A stretch of 64,000 bases of DNA, taken from positions 814,503 to 878,502 of the forward strand of contig JBAZWB010000001.1 in assembly GCA_041660605.1 (NCBI GenBank), given 5' to 3'. The notes under the pieces are model-generated. The model was not told where the DNA came from. It worked only from the letters and a program-made list of their open reading frames with translations, and searched no databases. A program made the translations under genes and the position numbers. The DNA is from Patescibacteria group bacterium (GTDB lineage Bacteria; Patescibacteriota; Patescibacteriia; UBA10025; JAHIVO01). This document shows, piece after piece, positions 46,331-55,772 of this stretch (positions are counted from its first letter, which is position 1; every line of letters starts with the position of its first letter).

Positions 46331-47052
46331 TTGACTGATTTTAATATTGGCCCGTATAAATCATAATCCAGGCTGATCTCCAGTTTTGGCTTGAATTTCC
46401 GCGGCCGGCTGGCGAACCTGACAAACGGTATTTCGCTGATAATCACCAAGGGCGTCCTCTCCCTGCCCTCGCCCATGGCGACCATCCCGGCCGCGGCCAG
46501 ACTGTCTGCCACATCAACTGTTGAAACTTTGAACTTACGATTGAATAAATCCTTGGTGCCCCGATAATCATTCACCGGCTGAAACCCCCAGTAACCAACC
46601 GCCACGCCCATTACACCGCGTCGCAAAGGTACCGTATGGCTGTCGGAAATAATTACGCCAACATTTTTAATCCGATAGGTTCTTCGTAAAAACTGCCAAA
46701 TTTCTTTTGCTGCTGCCTGCGGTTTTTCCGGCCATAAAATATAATATTCTCCGGCGTTGGATTCATCTATCCCGGCAGTTGGGATTAAAATATTATTCTT
46801 GATTGTCAAAACCGCATAACCGCCGGGCGATAATCGCCTTGGCAAAAACAAATCTGCTTCTTTTTCAATTAACCTATCTTTATTCGTTACTTTTGATTTT
46901 AAAATACATCTGCCCTGGTGCAGGCTGACTACTTTTGAAGCTACCATTAAGACTGAATTATTCGGTAGACTTTTAATGCTTTTCTTGATCACTTTAAAAA
47001 GGTCGTCCTGCGGCGGCCTAAGAAGCTTTGTTTTTACTGCTTTAATTCGCAT
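46315..47052 (-). CDS. F420-0:gamma-glutamyl ligase (CofE-like) family protein
   Basis: SKVVS, AGIDESN, GVIISDS, DLF.R, MGEG.E.TP. Confidence 0.88.
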   Translation of the reverse strand: MRIKAVKTKLLRPPQDDLFKVIKKSIKSLPNNSVLMVASKVVSLHQGRCILKSKVTNKDRLIEKEADLFLPRRLSPGGYAVLTIKNNILIPTAGIDESNAGEYYILWPEKPQAAAKEIWQFLRRTYRIKNVGVIISDSHTVPLRRGVMGVAVGYWGFQPVNDYRGTKDLFNRKFKVSTVDVADSLAAAGMVAMGEGRERTPLVIISEIPFVRFASRPRKFKPKLEISLDYDLYGPILKSVKWRKK

Positions 47053-47226
47053 ACTTGGCTTAATTCTACCATTTCAAATCGTTGTGGAAAAGCCTATTGA
47101 CTAATATATTCATTTATTGTAATATCAACGGTTAATTATAAAAAAAGCTTTATTTCCGCGCCAAACTGTGTTATTATTTCCCTTAGTCAACGGGGATTAG
47201 ACAATTACCCCGACCGCCTTGACTGC

Positions 47227-47300
47227 CGGGGTATGGCGCAGTTGGCTAGCGCGCATCGTTCGGGACGATGAGGCCGCCGGTTCAAGTCCGGCTACCCCGA
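47227..47300 (+). tRNA. tRNA-Pro(CGG), CCA not encoded
   Basis: Acceptor CGGGGTA/TACCCCG, anticodon arm CATCG-TTCGGGA-CGATG, T arm GCCGG-TTCAAGT-CCGGC. Confidence 0.97.
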
Positions 47301-47597
47301 TAGTCAAGGCGGCCCACAAAGCTTGCGCGTCCACCTCTAGTGGAAGGTCCCGGCGTACCCCGTCGTATGACGGGGACCCCGACCAATTTAATTTAATGTT
47401 ATGAAAAAAATATTGCGCGTAATAACTTTATGCCCAGTGTTTTCTTCAGAAACCCTCTTCAAACCCTAAACCTTTTAACCTGAAGGAGCCCACATGCTCT
47501 TTATGAGTCCTCACTCTCCACCGCGTTAATTGATCGCAGTTTGAACATTCACGTTCACCCCTTTCTCACTAAAATTGTGTAAAAACGCGGAGGGAAA

Positions 47598-47831
47598 ATG
47601 AATCGTCGTACTGCAAGTACCCAAAGCAACCTGTCAACATTTCTGGCTACACGCGCCGGAAAAGACATTAAAGGCCTGGAATTCACCGCTCATCTTAAAG
47701 ATGGTAAACAACGAGTAAGCGTCGTCAAGGCTAACAGAAGAGACCATGGGTTTTCCAGCGTTACCGTGAAACCCACTCACGGCTCCGGTCAAGAAATTAC
47801 TCTTGACCCAGCGACAATCGTCTCCTACTAG
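47598..47831 (+). CDS. 77-aa hypothetical protein
   Basis: GGAGG upstream of the ATG; hairpin with T-tract at about 47860-47892. Confidence 0.6.
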   Translation: MNRRTASTQSNLSTFLATRAGKDIKGLEFTAHLKDGKQRVSVVKANRRDHGFSSVTVKPTHGSGQEITLDPATIVSY

Positions 47832-47985
47832 CGCTCATTATCTATCACTAGAATTTACAAGACCGCCCGGTCCTCACCAGGCGGCTCTTTTTAAATAAAA
47901 AAATCCGCCTGTCCCGTAAGAAGTCTTACGAAACGAGGCGGATACTCCAACTCATAGGAGAATGATTCCCTGCAAAGGGACGATT

Positions 47986-49329
47986 TTAGTTTGGCGGAAG
48001 AGCTAACTTGGGATCCAGATTGAAGCGCCGATATAGTTCCGGCATTACTTTCCGCAACGGACGGCGATAATGGAAGCAGTCACGTAGCTCCTGTTCCGTT
48101 ACCTTCTGCGCTGTCTGACCGCGTTTAGCCTTCATCCGGCGGCGCAACAGAATCCCAAGCAGCTGGCGTTTGTTGTCCATAGCTTCAAAGCAAGCCTGCT
48201 GGAGATAGTAATACACTTCTTCGGGGTCGTGGCCCTTGTCACAGAGAAGGGTCTTTAGATCCTCCGACGCCCAGCAACCGTAGATACGGCCAATATTATG
48301 AGCCATACGCTTGCGGTTAATCTCCAGCCGGCCAATAACCCCAGTAGCTTTAGCTAGCATATAATCTATCAAACAAAAGCCGTCCGGTAAGATAACCCGT
48401 TCCACAGAAGAATGGCTGATATCGCGCTCCTGCCACAGAGCAACATTCTCCAGGGCTGCGTTACTATCCGCCCGTACGACACGCGCCAAGCCGGTGATTT
48501 GTTCGCTAATGACTGGATTCCGCTTATGCGGCATAGCCGAAGATCCCTTTTGTCCTATTCGACGTGGTTCTAATACCTCAAAGTTAGCGGTCAGGCCAAG
48601 TAAACGCAGGCCGATGGCCATCTTTTCCATATTAGCAGCGATGACGGCTAATTCTGCCATCAGTCGGGCAATGACATCACGGCTGACTACCTGGGTGGCT
48701 ACCCGGCGAGGCTTCAGATGTAAAATGCGAAAGATCTCAGCTTCCAATTCGGGCGACACCCTAACGTTATTGCCGACAGCTCCGGAACATTTTGATTCAG
48801 CAACCTGACTAAGGATAAAGCGCAGGTTGTCGCGATTACGCTGGAAAAGCTCCAAGTAATCACAGAACCGCCAGCCTAGAGTAGTTGGCTGGGCGTCCTG
48901 ACCATGCGTGACCGCGATACAGAAAGTCCACATATGCTCACTGGCCTGACGCCAGAGAACGTCAATCAAACGATCCAGATCCGACATGATTAAAGCGCCT
49001 GCTTTGAGCAGAATTCGCGCCTGTGCCGGCTCTTCGGTATCATAGGAAGTGACTTTCTCATGAAAATACCGACGCAGTTTGAGTGGCAGACTCAAACGTA
49101 CGACATCCACGAAGGCTTGCAGATCATGATTTATTTCCGCGTCTCGCGCAAGAACGTCCGCGACTGTGAATCGTGCACATTTCTTAATTTTGCGATAGAC
49201 GTCCTTGGGATAGATCCCCAGATTGCAGCGAGCGAGAATGATTGCCAGCTCAACAGCCAGCCAGGCATCAAACTTTGCCCGGTAGGTCCAAAGAGCGCCC
49301 ATTCTCGGCCTAGTATACCTCTTGATCAT
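47986..49329 (-). CDS. purB: Adenylosuccinate lyase
   Basis: MIKRY start after GAGGAG; HD..AF, THGQ.AQPTT, SGAVG, GSSAMPHKRNP, ERDISHSS.ER. Confidence 0.95.
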   Translation of the reverse strand: MIKRYTRPRMGALWTYRAKFDAWLAVELAIILARCNLGIYPKDVYRKIKKCARFTVADVLARDAEINHDLQAFVDVVRLSLPLKLRRYFHEKVTSYDTEEPAQARILLKAGALIMSDLDRLIDVLWRQASEHMWTFCIAVTHGQDAQPTTLGWRFCDYLELFQRNRDNLRFILSQVAESKCSGAVGNNVRVSPELEAEIFRILHLKPRRVATQVVSRDVIARLMAELAVIAANMEKMAIGLRLLGLTANFEVLEPRRIGQKGSSAMPHKRNPVISEQITGLARVVRADSNAALENVALWQERDISHSSVERVILPDGFCLIDYMLAKATGVIGRLEINRKRMAHNIGRIYGCWASEDLKTLLCDKGHDPEEVYYYLQQACFEAMDNKRQLLGILLRRRMKAKRGQTAQKVTEQELRDCFHYRRPLRKVMPELYRRFNLDPKLALPPN

Positions 49330-49510
49330 CAGTAAACTCCTCTCTGTATTAGGTTTCAATGTCTAAGGTTCTCTTTTTCAAATTATCCCATCTTAACAAA
49401 AATACCTGTTTTTAGCAATATACACCTTTATTTCTTGACCAAAACCCCCACCAGTGCTAAACTCCAATCTAAAATACAAAAATCAACAAACTTTACGGGG
49501 AGGTAAAACA

Positions 49511-49966
49511 ATGTACTTTTTGATTCTAACCTTGGCGCTTCTGGCTAGCGAACCAGCTACTCCGTTCGACAGCACCGTCTATACGCAATGTGTCGAGCAG
49601 CAAATGGACTATGATACTGTAAGCTCGTCCTTCGCCACCCTTTATTCGGCTTTTTTCACAATAGAAGAGCGTGGACGCCGACCAATATTCAATTGCCTGT
49701 ACGGCGGTTATATCACCGTTGATTCGCTGGAAAGATACCTCAAATGCTTATTACCTAAATCGCCAATCACCGAACATCATTTCCGAATTTGCGCTGCCTA
49801 CCGAATATTGGAAGCAGATACTGCCTACGTCATCGGAGTTTACAACAACCATGGTGATGGAAATCTGCCAATTGTCAGATCAATCTACAGCGCACAATCA
49901 GGCACGCTCACCTATCAATATATAGCTGAGAAAGGCCGCCAGGTTATTGTTATCGTTCCTTATTGA
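49511..49966 (+). CDS. Secreted hypothetical protein
   Basis: GGAGGT SD, signal-peptide-like N-terminus, promoter TTGACC-N17-TAAACT, terminator 49989-50021. Confidence 0.7.
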   Translation: MYFLILTLALLASEPATPFDSTVYTQCVEQQMDYDTVSSSFATLYSAFFTIEERGRRPIFNCLYGGYITVDSLERYLKCLLPKSPITEHHFRICAAYRILEADTAYVIGVYNNHGDGNLPIVRSIYSAQSGTLTYQYIAEKGRQVIVIVPY

Positions 49967-49988
49967 AATTACCAAATTATCAGAAACC

Positions 49989-50021
49989 GGGATTGTCTGC
50001 TTGGACAATCCCCTTTTTTTT
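49989..50021 (+). terminator. Intrinsic terminator
   Basis: GGGATTGTC-tgcttg-GACAATCCC followed by T8. Confidence 0.85.
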
Positions 50022-50142
50022 GAAAAACCTATTTATAATTTAATGCGTTCATTCTCCATCGCGTCTTTATAAGCGTAGGAGGATAAAAAAATCCCGCCTG
50101 GTGCAGACCAGAACGGGACTTACGAAAATAGCTTAGGGCCAT

Positions 50143-50265
50143 CTATCCAAATCGACCGATTTTGGTTTTCCCTCCTCTGCCGATGATAACCGGCTTGACT
50201 TGTGAAGATTGACCCGAACTGTTAGCCAGCGATTGCCGTGAAATGATATTGTCCCCACGGGGCAT
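50143..50265 (-). CDS. 40-aa basic small protein downstream of purA
   Basis: AAGGAGGT-N5-ATG; hand translation MPRGDNIISRQSLANSSGQSSQVKPVIIGRGGKTKIGRFG; followed by a hairpin with T-tract. Confidence 0.5.
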   Translation of the reverse strand: MPRGDNIISRQSLANSSGQSSQVKPVIIGRGGKTKIGRFG

Positions 50266-50309
50266 ATGTAACCTCCTTGCCTGGCGAAATAGAATTCAAT
50301 AATCGCCTT

Positions 50310-51848
50310 TTATGCTGCGGCTGACGATCTCCTGACAGAAGTAACGTTTGATGCTTTCCTGACAGAACGAACAATGATATGGTTTCGACCCGGACCGGTG
50401 CCGATCAAGACGATAGGAATGCCGAGACGCTGTTCAAGTTTTTTGACAAACTGCCGAGTTTTCAGCGGTAGTTTTTTCCATTCAGTGATTCCGGAAATGT
50501 CCCTGCGCCAGCCTTCCCAATACTCATAAATCACTTCTACGCGAGCCAGATCATCGGTATCCGGCATTTCACCGCGTTTTAGCCTCTTCCCGTCGAGCTT
50601 ATACCCGACCACCACCGGGATAATCTTGAGACCAGACAGCATGTCCAGACGCGTTAAAGCGAAATACTTCGGACCATTGATGCGGATGGCGTAGTGCAGC
50701 CACATCAAGTCCGGGAAACCGACACTGCGGCCACGACCGGTCGTTGCTCCCTTTTCATAGCCCAATACCTGGAAGTACTGGCTCCAATCTTCGAGTCTTG
50801 CCTTACCCGAATTGATCAGCGCCAGTTTTTCCGCCAGGAATCGGGCGCGTGCCAAGGTGTCTTTGAAAAGGTCCGGATGTTCCAGTGCGAAAACCTCACT
50901 CTGAATCCGACCCCAGATCTCCGATGGGAATGGACCGGCACCAACGCGGGTCGGCAGGGCTTTCATCACCATGAGTACCATGGCTTTAGCAAATGCCGAC
51001 AATGGCAGGCCAGTGCCGATCGGCGCGCCTGCGGCTACCGAATGGCCAGCGGAAACATACGGCCAGGTGCCCAGATCAATGTCCAGTCCGGGGGCTTGCG
51101 CGCCTTCAAACAGAATGTGCAGTCCGGCAGTATAGGCTCCCGACAGTTCAAACGCCGTGTCAGTGACCATATTCCTGATCTTTTTCGCATCCTTCAGGAG
51201 CGCGAGTTCAACATGGGTAGGTAATGGGATATCTTTCCGCCTGACGATTCCCAGCTTAACCATCTGGTCAAAATCCGGCTTTAGTGCCCGATAAAGGCGC
51301 CGCAGCCGATTTCGCAATACCTTAGGATCCTGGAAAAGGTGATGTACTTGCAGTCCGACACGAAGTACATTAAAGCCAGACAACGGTCCGATGGCTTTGC
51401 CAGTAGTTCCCACCTTTCCACTCCCCGCGGAATACTCAAGCCATTGCTCGAATAATCGGTGCCAAGGAGTCCAGACCGGCGAATATTTATCCACCCAGAT
51501 AGGCGGTAAATTCTTGCCCAATGCTCCTTTGGCATCCTTGATTTCAGCGAGAAACCGCCTGATGTCGAAAAATACCCCCCGACCCAGAATACACCTGATC
51601 CCTTGAGCGATAGCACAGGGAATCAAGTGCCCAACAAACCTCCTGCCGTCGGGTGTCTGCAAAGTATGACCAGCGCCCGCGCCACCGCTGTACCGCACTG
51701 CCAAGTCATAGAGACACGACAGTAAGTCAACGATCTTTCCTTTTCCTTCATCACCCCAGTATGTTCCGGTGATGATTAACATCTGTATGGTTGCAAATAG
51801 CCTTAGTAACCGAGCATGCAACCGCTTCTCTTGTGCTGTGAGCCTCAT
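50310..51848 (-). CDS. purA: Adenylosuccinate synthetase (divergent)
   Basis: WGDEGKGK, AGHT, GTTG, EGAQ, TRVG.GPFP.E, GATTGR.R, GTGP; SD AGGAGG. Confidence 0.9.
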   Translation of the reverse strand: MRLTAQEKRLHARLLRLFATIQMLIITGTYWGDEGKGKIVDLLSCLYDLAVRYSGGAGAGHTLQTPDGRRFVGHLIPCAIAQGIRCILGRGVFFDIRRFLAEIKDAKGALGKNLPPIWVDKYSPVWTPWHRLFEQWLEYSAGSGKVGTTGKAIGPLSGFNVLRVGLQVHHLFQDPKVLRNRLRRLYRALKPDFDQMVKLGIVRRKDIPLPTHVELALLKDAKKIRNMVTDTAFELSGAYTAGLHILFEGAQAPGLDIDLGTWPYVSAGHSVAAGAPIGTGLPLSAFAKAMVLMVMKALPTRVGAGPFPSEIWGRIQSEVFALEHPDLFKDTLARARFLAEKLALINSGKARLEDWSQYFQVLGYEKGATTGRGRSVGFPDLMWLHYAIRINGPKYFALTRLDMLSGLKIIPVVVGYKLDGKRLKRGEMPDTDDLARVEVIYEYWEGWRRDISGITEWKKLPLKTRQFVKKLEQRLGIPIVLIGTGPGRNHIIVRSVRKASNVTSVRRSSAAA

Positions 51849-52003
51849 TGGACTCCTCCTTCCTGATTTTCAGTGAAATTCCAAATAAAAAGTCAAAGTA
51901 CCAGTTAATTAAATTACTCTATCACTAAACTCCGATTTCCGTCAATTTACGCTTATCCGCACTCTTTACTTTTTGCGAAATTAGCTTATAATATCTCTAT
52001 TAT

Positions 52004-53107
52004 ATGAAGTTAGCCATTGCAATAATATTACTGATAGTTTTTATAATAATATTCGGCGGACACGCCGTGTTATTTTTTTCCTGGGTTTGGCTGTTTGGGA
52101 TAACCGGCAGTGCAGTAAAAGAAGTACTGCTGATCGCCCTCGGTATTCTGGCTTTCAGCACTATTGCCAGCATCATCATCGTACACTTTATTGAAAACCA
52201 TTTCACCAGTTATTATTATATAATATCCTCAATTTGGCTCGGCTTGGGCTGGTATGTATTGCTGGCGACGATAGCGTCGTTAGTGCTGGCTTCTGTTTTT
52301 CCAGAAATTAACACTGCAATAACCGCCAGCGTGCTTCTTGGGCTGGCTGCTTTATATACAGTGTATGGCATTATTAACGCCCAAAAAATCAGAGTGAAGA
52401 AAATCGAAATTATCATACCCAATCTGCCTCCGTCCTGGGAAAATAAAAAAGCCGTGCAGATTTCAGACGTGCATCTGGGAGTATTCTGCCACCAGGGTTT
52501 TATGAAAAAAATTGTCAGATTAATTAATGAGCAATCCCCTGCTTTAGTTTTTATCACCGGAGACCTATTTGACGGCGCGGGGAAGAAACTTAACCACCTG
52601 GCGGATCCCATAAAAAATATTCTGGCGCCGGAAGGCATTTATTATATCACTGGCAACCACGAAACCTATGTCAGCCTGGAAAATTCGCTGGCTGCCGTAC
52701 GGCTGACTCCGGCAAGAATATTGAATGACGAAATTACGGAATTAAACGGTATGCAATTATTGGGCATCAGCTATCCTAAGCCTGGAGAGAAAAAAGATTT
52801 TGGCAATATTTTTAAAAAAATCAATCCTGCCAAGCCCAGCATTGTGCTATATCATGAGCCGAAAGTCGCAGTCGTGGAGCTGGCAAAAGCCGCCGGCGCG
52901 AGTTTGATGCTGTCCGGGCACACGCATGTCGGCCAGCTCTGGCCTTTTGCAGCTATCACTCGCGCATTATACAAAAAAAGGGACTGGGGTTTGTCCCGCG
53001 AGGGTGCTTTTAATATATATACTTCCAGCGGCGCCGGCACCTGGGGTCCGCCCATGCGCACCGGCAATTATCCGGAAATCGTTTCCATCACTTTTAAAAG
53101 CAGGTAG
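52004..53107 (+). CDS. Membrane-bound metallophosphoesterase (YkuE/YaeI-like)
   Basis: N-terminal TMs; SDVH, TGD, GNHE, SGHTH.GQ, WGPPMR. Confidence 0.92.
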   Translation: MKLAIAIILLIVFIIIFGGHAVLFFSWVWLFGITGSAVKEVLLIALGILAFSTIASIIIVHFIENHFTSYYYIISSIWLGLGWYVLLATIASLVLASVFPEINTAITASVLLGLAALYTVYGIINAQKIRVKKIEIIIPNLPPSWENKKAVQISDVHLGVFCHQGFMKKIVRLINEQSPALVFITGDLFDGAGKKLNHLADPIKNILAPEGIYYITGNHETYVSLENSLAAVRLTPARILNDEITELNGMQLLGISYPKPGEKKDFGNIFKKINPAKPSIVLYHEPKVAVVELAKAAGASLMLSGHTHVGQLWPFAAITRALYKKRDWGLSREGAFNIYTSSGAGTWGPPMRTGNYPEIVSITFKSR

Positions 53108-53229
53108 TTATTACAAATTGCCAACTACCTTGAACGGAGCGCACCCTTGAGAGGGTACGCTCGGAGTTTATGAATAACGCTAATTATTAGTATACTAACT
53201 ACTAACCAACTAGTGGCTAACAAACTAAC

Positions 53230-54756
53230 CTACTCCCACTCCACCGTCCCGGGCGGTTTTGACGTGATATCGTAAATTACCCGGTTAATCTCCTTAACCT
53301 CATTGGTAATCCTGGAAGAAATTTTACTGAGCAATTCATAAGGTAGGCGCGCCCAGTCAGCCGTCATAAAATCTTTAGTCGTCACCGCGCGCAAAATTAT
53401 CGGATAACCGTAAGTGCGCGAATCCCCCTGCACGCCCACGGAACGTATGGCCGGTAAAACCGTAAAATACTGCTGGACTGTTTGCCCCCAGCCGGCTTTT
53501 TCTATTTCCTCGCGGGCGATCCAGTCTGCCTGGCGCACAATATTCAAGCGTTCCTCAGTCACTTCTCCTATTATCCTGACTGCCAGTCCCGGACCGGGAA
53601 AAGGCTGGCGTTCCGTCACTTCTGCTGGCAGGCCCAGGAGGCGGCCGACTTTCCTGACCTCATCTTTATAAAGCTCGCGAAACGGTTCAATGAGCTTGAA
53701 ACCGAATTTTTTCGGCAGGCCGCCGACATTATGATGGGATTTAATGACCGCCGCGGTTTTGCCGACGCTGACGCCGGAAGTAATTGCATCGGTATAAAGC
53801 GTACCCTGTACCAGCCATTTTACCCCGCCAATCTTTTTAGCTTCTCGTTCAAATATTCTGATGAAAAGATTTCCGATTATTTTCCGCTTTTTTTCCGGAT
53901 CAACTACGCCTTTAAGTTTTGCAAGGAAATCGCGCTGGGCATTGATAATTTTCAAATTCGCTTTTTGGTACGAACGAAAGGTTTTTTTAACCTGCTCAGT
54001 CTCTCCCTGCCGCATCAGGCCGGTATCAACGTATATGCACGTTAATTGCTTGCCAATTGCTTTATTTACAATAGTAGCAGCCACGGATGAATCAACTCCA
54101 CCGGAAAGCGCGCAAACCACCTTATCATTTGCTACTTTATCTCTAATGTTAATAATAGACGCTTTAACAAAATCTCGCATTGACCAGGTGCGTTGGGCGC
54201 CGGTCAAACTAACAAAATTTTCCAGTATTTTTAAACCATTTATAGTATGTACAACTTCCGGATGAAACTGCAGGCCAAATAAATTTTTCTGCTCATTGCT
54301 AATTGCGGCCTGACGGCAGTTCTTGGAACTGGCTTGATTTTTAAAGCCTGCCGGCAACTTTGAAACCTGGTCTCTATGCGACATCCAGGTCATTTGTTTG
54401 GTTTTCAGGCCTTTAAAAAGCTTACTGTTTTTAATAGATATTTCAATCGGGCCGTACTCCCGCTTTTCACCCACCACTACCTTGCCGCCGAGCATATGCG
54501 CCATCAGCTGCAGTCCATAGCAAATACCCAATATCGGAATACCCAGATTAAAAAGCTCCTTATTGATCAATAAGGTATCCTGCCGGGAAATATCGCGCGG
54601 GCCGCCGGAAAGGATGATGCCTTTGGCTGACCGCAATTTGTCCAACGGGAAATTTATCGGCACTAATTCTGAATATACTCCCAGCTCCCTGATCCGCCGG
54701 GTAATCAAATGAGAGTACTGGGAGCCGAAGTCTAGTACGTAAATAATGTCTTGCAT
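53230..54756 (-). CDS. guaA: GMP synthase (glutamine-hydrolysing)
   Basis: LDFGSQY, GICYG, QFHPEV, SGGVDS, IKSHHNVGG, KPPGTVEWE; start MQDII. Confidence 0.98.
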   Translation of the reverse strand: MQDIIYVLDFGSQYSHLITRRIRELGVYSELVPINFPLDKLRSAKGIILSGGPRDISRQDTLLINKELFNLGIPILGICYGLQLMAHMLGGKVVVGEKREYGPIEISIKNSKLFKGLKTKQMTWMSHRDQVSKLPAGFKNQASSKNCRQAAISNEQKNLFGLQFHPEVVHTINGLKILENFVSLTGAQRTWSMRDFVKASIINIRDKVANDKVVCALSGGVDSSVAATIVNKAIGKQLTCIYVDTGLMRQGETEQVKKTFRSYQKANLKIINAQRDFLAKLKGVVDPEKKRKIIGNLFIRIFEREAKKIGGVKWLVQGTLYTDAITSGVSVGKTAAVIKSHHNVGGLPKKFGFKLIEPFRELYKDEVRKVGRLLGLPAEVTERQPFPGPGLAVRIIGEVTEERLNIVRQADWIAREEIEKAGWGQTVQQYFTVLPAIRSVGVQGDSRTYGYPIILRAVTTKDFMTADWARLPYELLSKISSRITNEVKEINRVIYDITSKPPGTVEWE

Positions 54757-54760
54757 AATT

Positions 54761-55750
54761 TTATTTGACAAAAGCTGCCTCAAAAGCCCATTTGGTGCAC
54801 TGCTCAATCTGCGCCATATTCATAATGCCGGTCTTCATTAAAAATTCCTGCTCTTTAATGACATTGGTGCAGTACATCTCCGGGCCGTCTGTATTAATGG
54901 TAAATTTAATCTTGTTATCCAGATATGCTTTAACGATATTTTCAAATTCATTAATATTTTTCACCACGCTATTGCGCAAATTCGAGGTCGGACAGGTTTC
55001 CAGGACAATATTATTTGCCACCACCTCGGACATCAGTCTTTCGTCCTGGATACATAAAAAACCGTGGCCGATTCGGTCAGGCTTTATCTCGCTGACCACG
55101 TAATTCATCTCCTCTAAATTCCCTTCTTCACCGGTATGCAGAGTAATGCCCAGTCCTGCTTCGCGCGCCATCCGGAAAAGCTTGGCATGCTCCTTGATGG
55201 AAAATGATTTTCTCTGCGGACCGGCGATATCTACGCCGACAATGCCGTTCTCTTTATATTTTATCGCTTTCTGGACAATTATTTCGTTCTGTTCGTAATC
55301 CAGCGTACGGTCCATCATTAAAATTATCCCAGCCTTTACCTGCGGATACTCCAAAGTCGCTTTTTCCAGCCCCCACAATGAAGACATGATAATGTGATCA
55401 AGGTCTCTTTCCCCGCCGCGATTACGGAACATGGGATTGAACCGCAGCTCCTGGATGATCAGGTTGCATTTCCTGAATCCTCCGCCGATGACGCTGCGCA
55501 CTGATTCTTCAATCGTGTCCGGAGAAGACTGGATAAGTTCTGTCCAGTAAAAAAAATTATTATGCATTTCATCCAATGATTTGTTCTTCTCCTCGCCGGT
55601 CATGGTAATCATATCTTCAAAAGCCCAGTAATCTTTGCTCGGCAGCTTTATGCCGTGCCGGTGCGCAATGGACCATAAAATTGCCGGATCAACTGCCGAA
55701 CCCAGATGGGCGTGCAATTCTGCTTGTGGCTTATTTGTTGATTTTGGCAT
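54761..55750 (-). CDS. add: Adenosine/AMP deaminase family protein
   Basis: ELHAHL, HTGE, RIGHG, CPTSN, INTD.P. Confidence 0.88.
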   Translation of the reverse strand: MPKSTNKPQAELHAHLGSAVDPAILWSIAHRHGIKLPSKDYWAFEDMITMTGEEKNKSLDEMHNNFFYWTELIQSSPDTIEESVRSVIGGGFRKCNLIIQELRFNPMFRNRGGERDLDHIIMSSLWGLEKATLEYPQVKAGIILMMDRTLDYEQNEIIVQKAIKYKENGIVGVDIAGPQRKSFSIKEHAKLFRMAREAGLGITLHTGEEGNLEEMNYVVSEIKPDRIGHGFLCIQDERLMSEVVANNIVLETCPTSNLRNSVVKNINEFENIVKAYLDNKIKFTINTDGPEMYCTNVIKEQEFLMKTGIMNMAQIEQCTKWAFEAAFVK

Positions 55751-55772
55751 ATGAAAATAAAAATATTAAACT

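Noticed and set aside
47314-47323. CCACAAAGCT present near both tRNA loci (also 60787-60796)
   Set aside because: Only 10 nt and in opposite orientation relative to the two tRNAs; plausibly chance.
50310-51848. PurZ (2-aminoadenine pathway) interpretation of the divergent purA
   Set aside because: It keeps GDEGKG (PurZ has Ser at this Asp) and the TTGR loop, and no phage genes are nearby.
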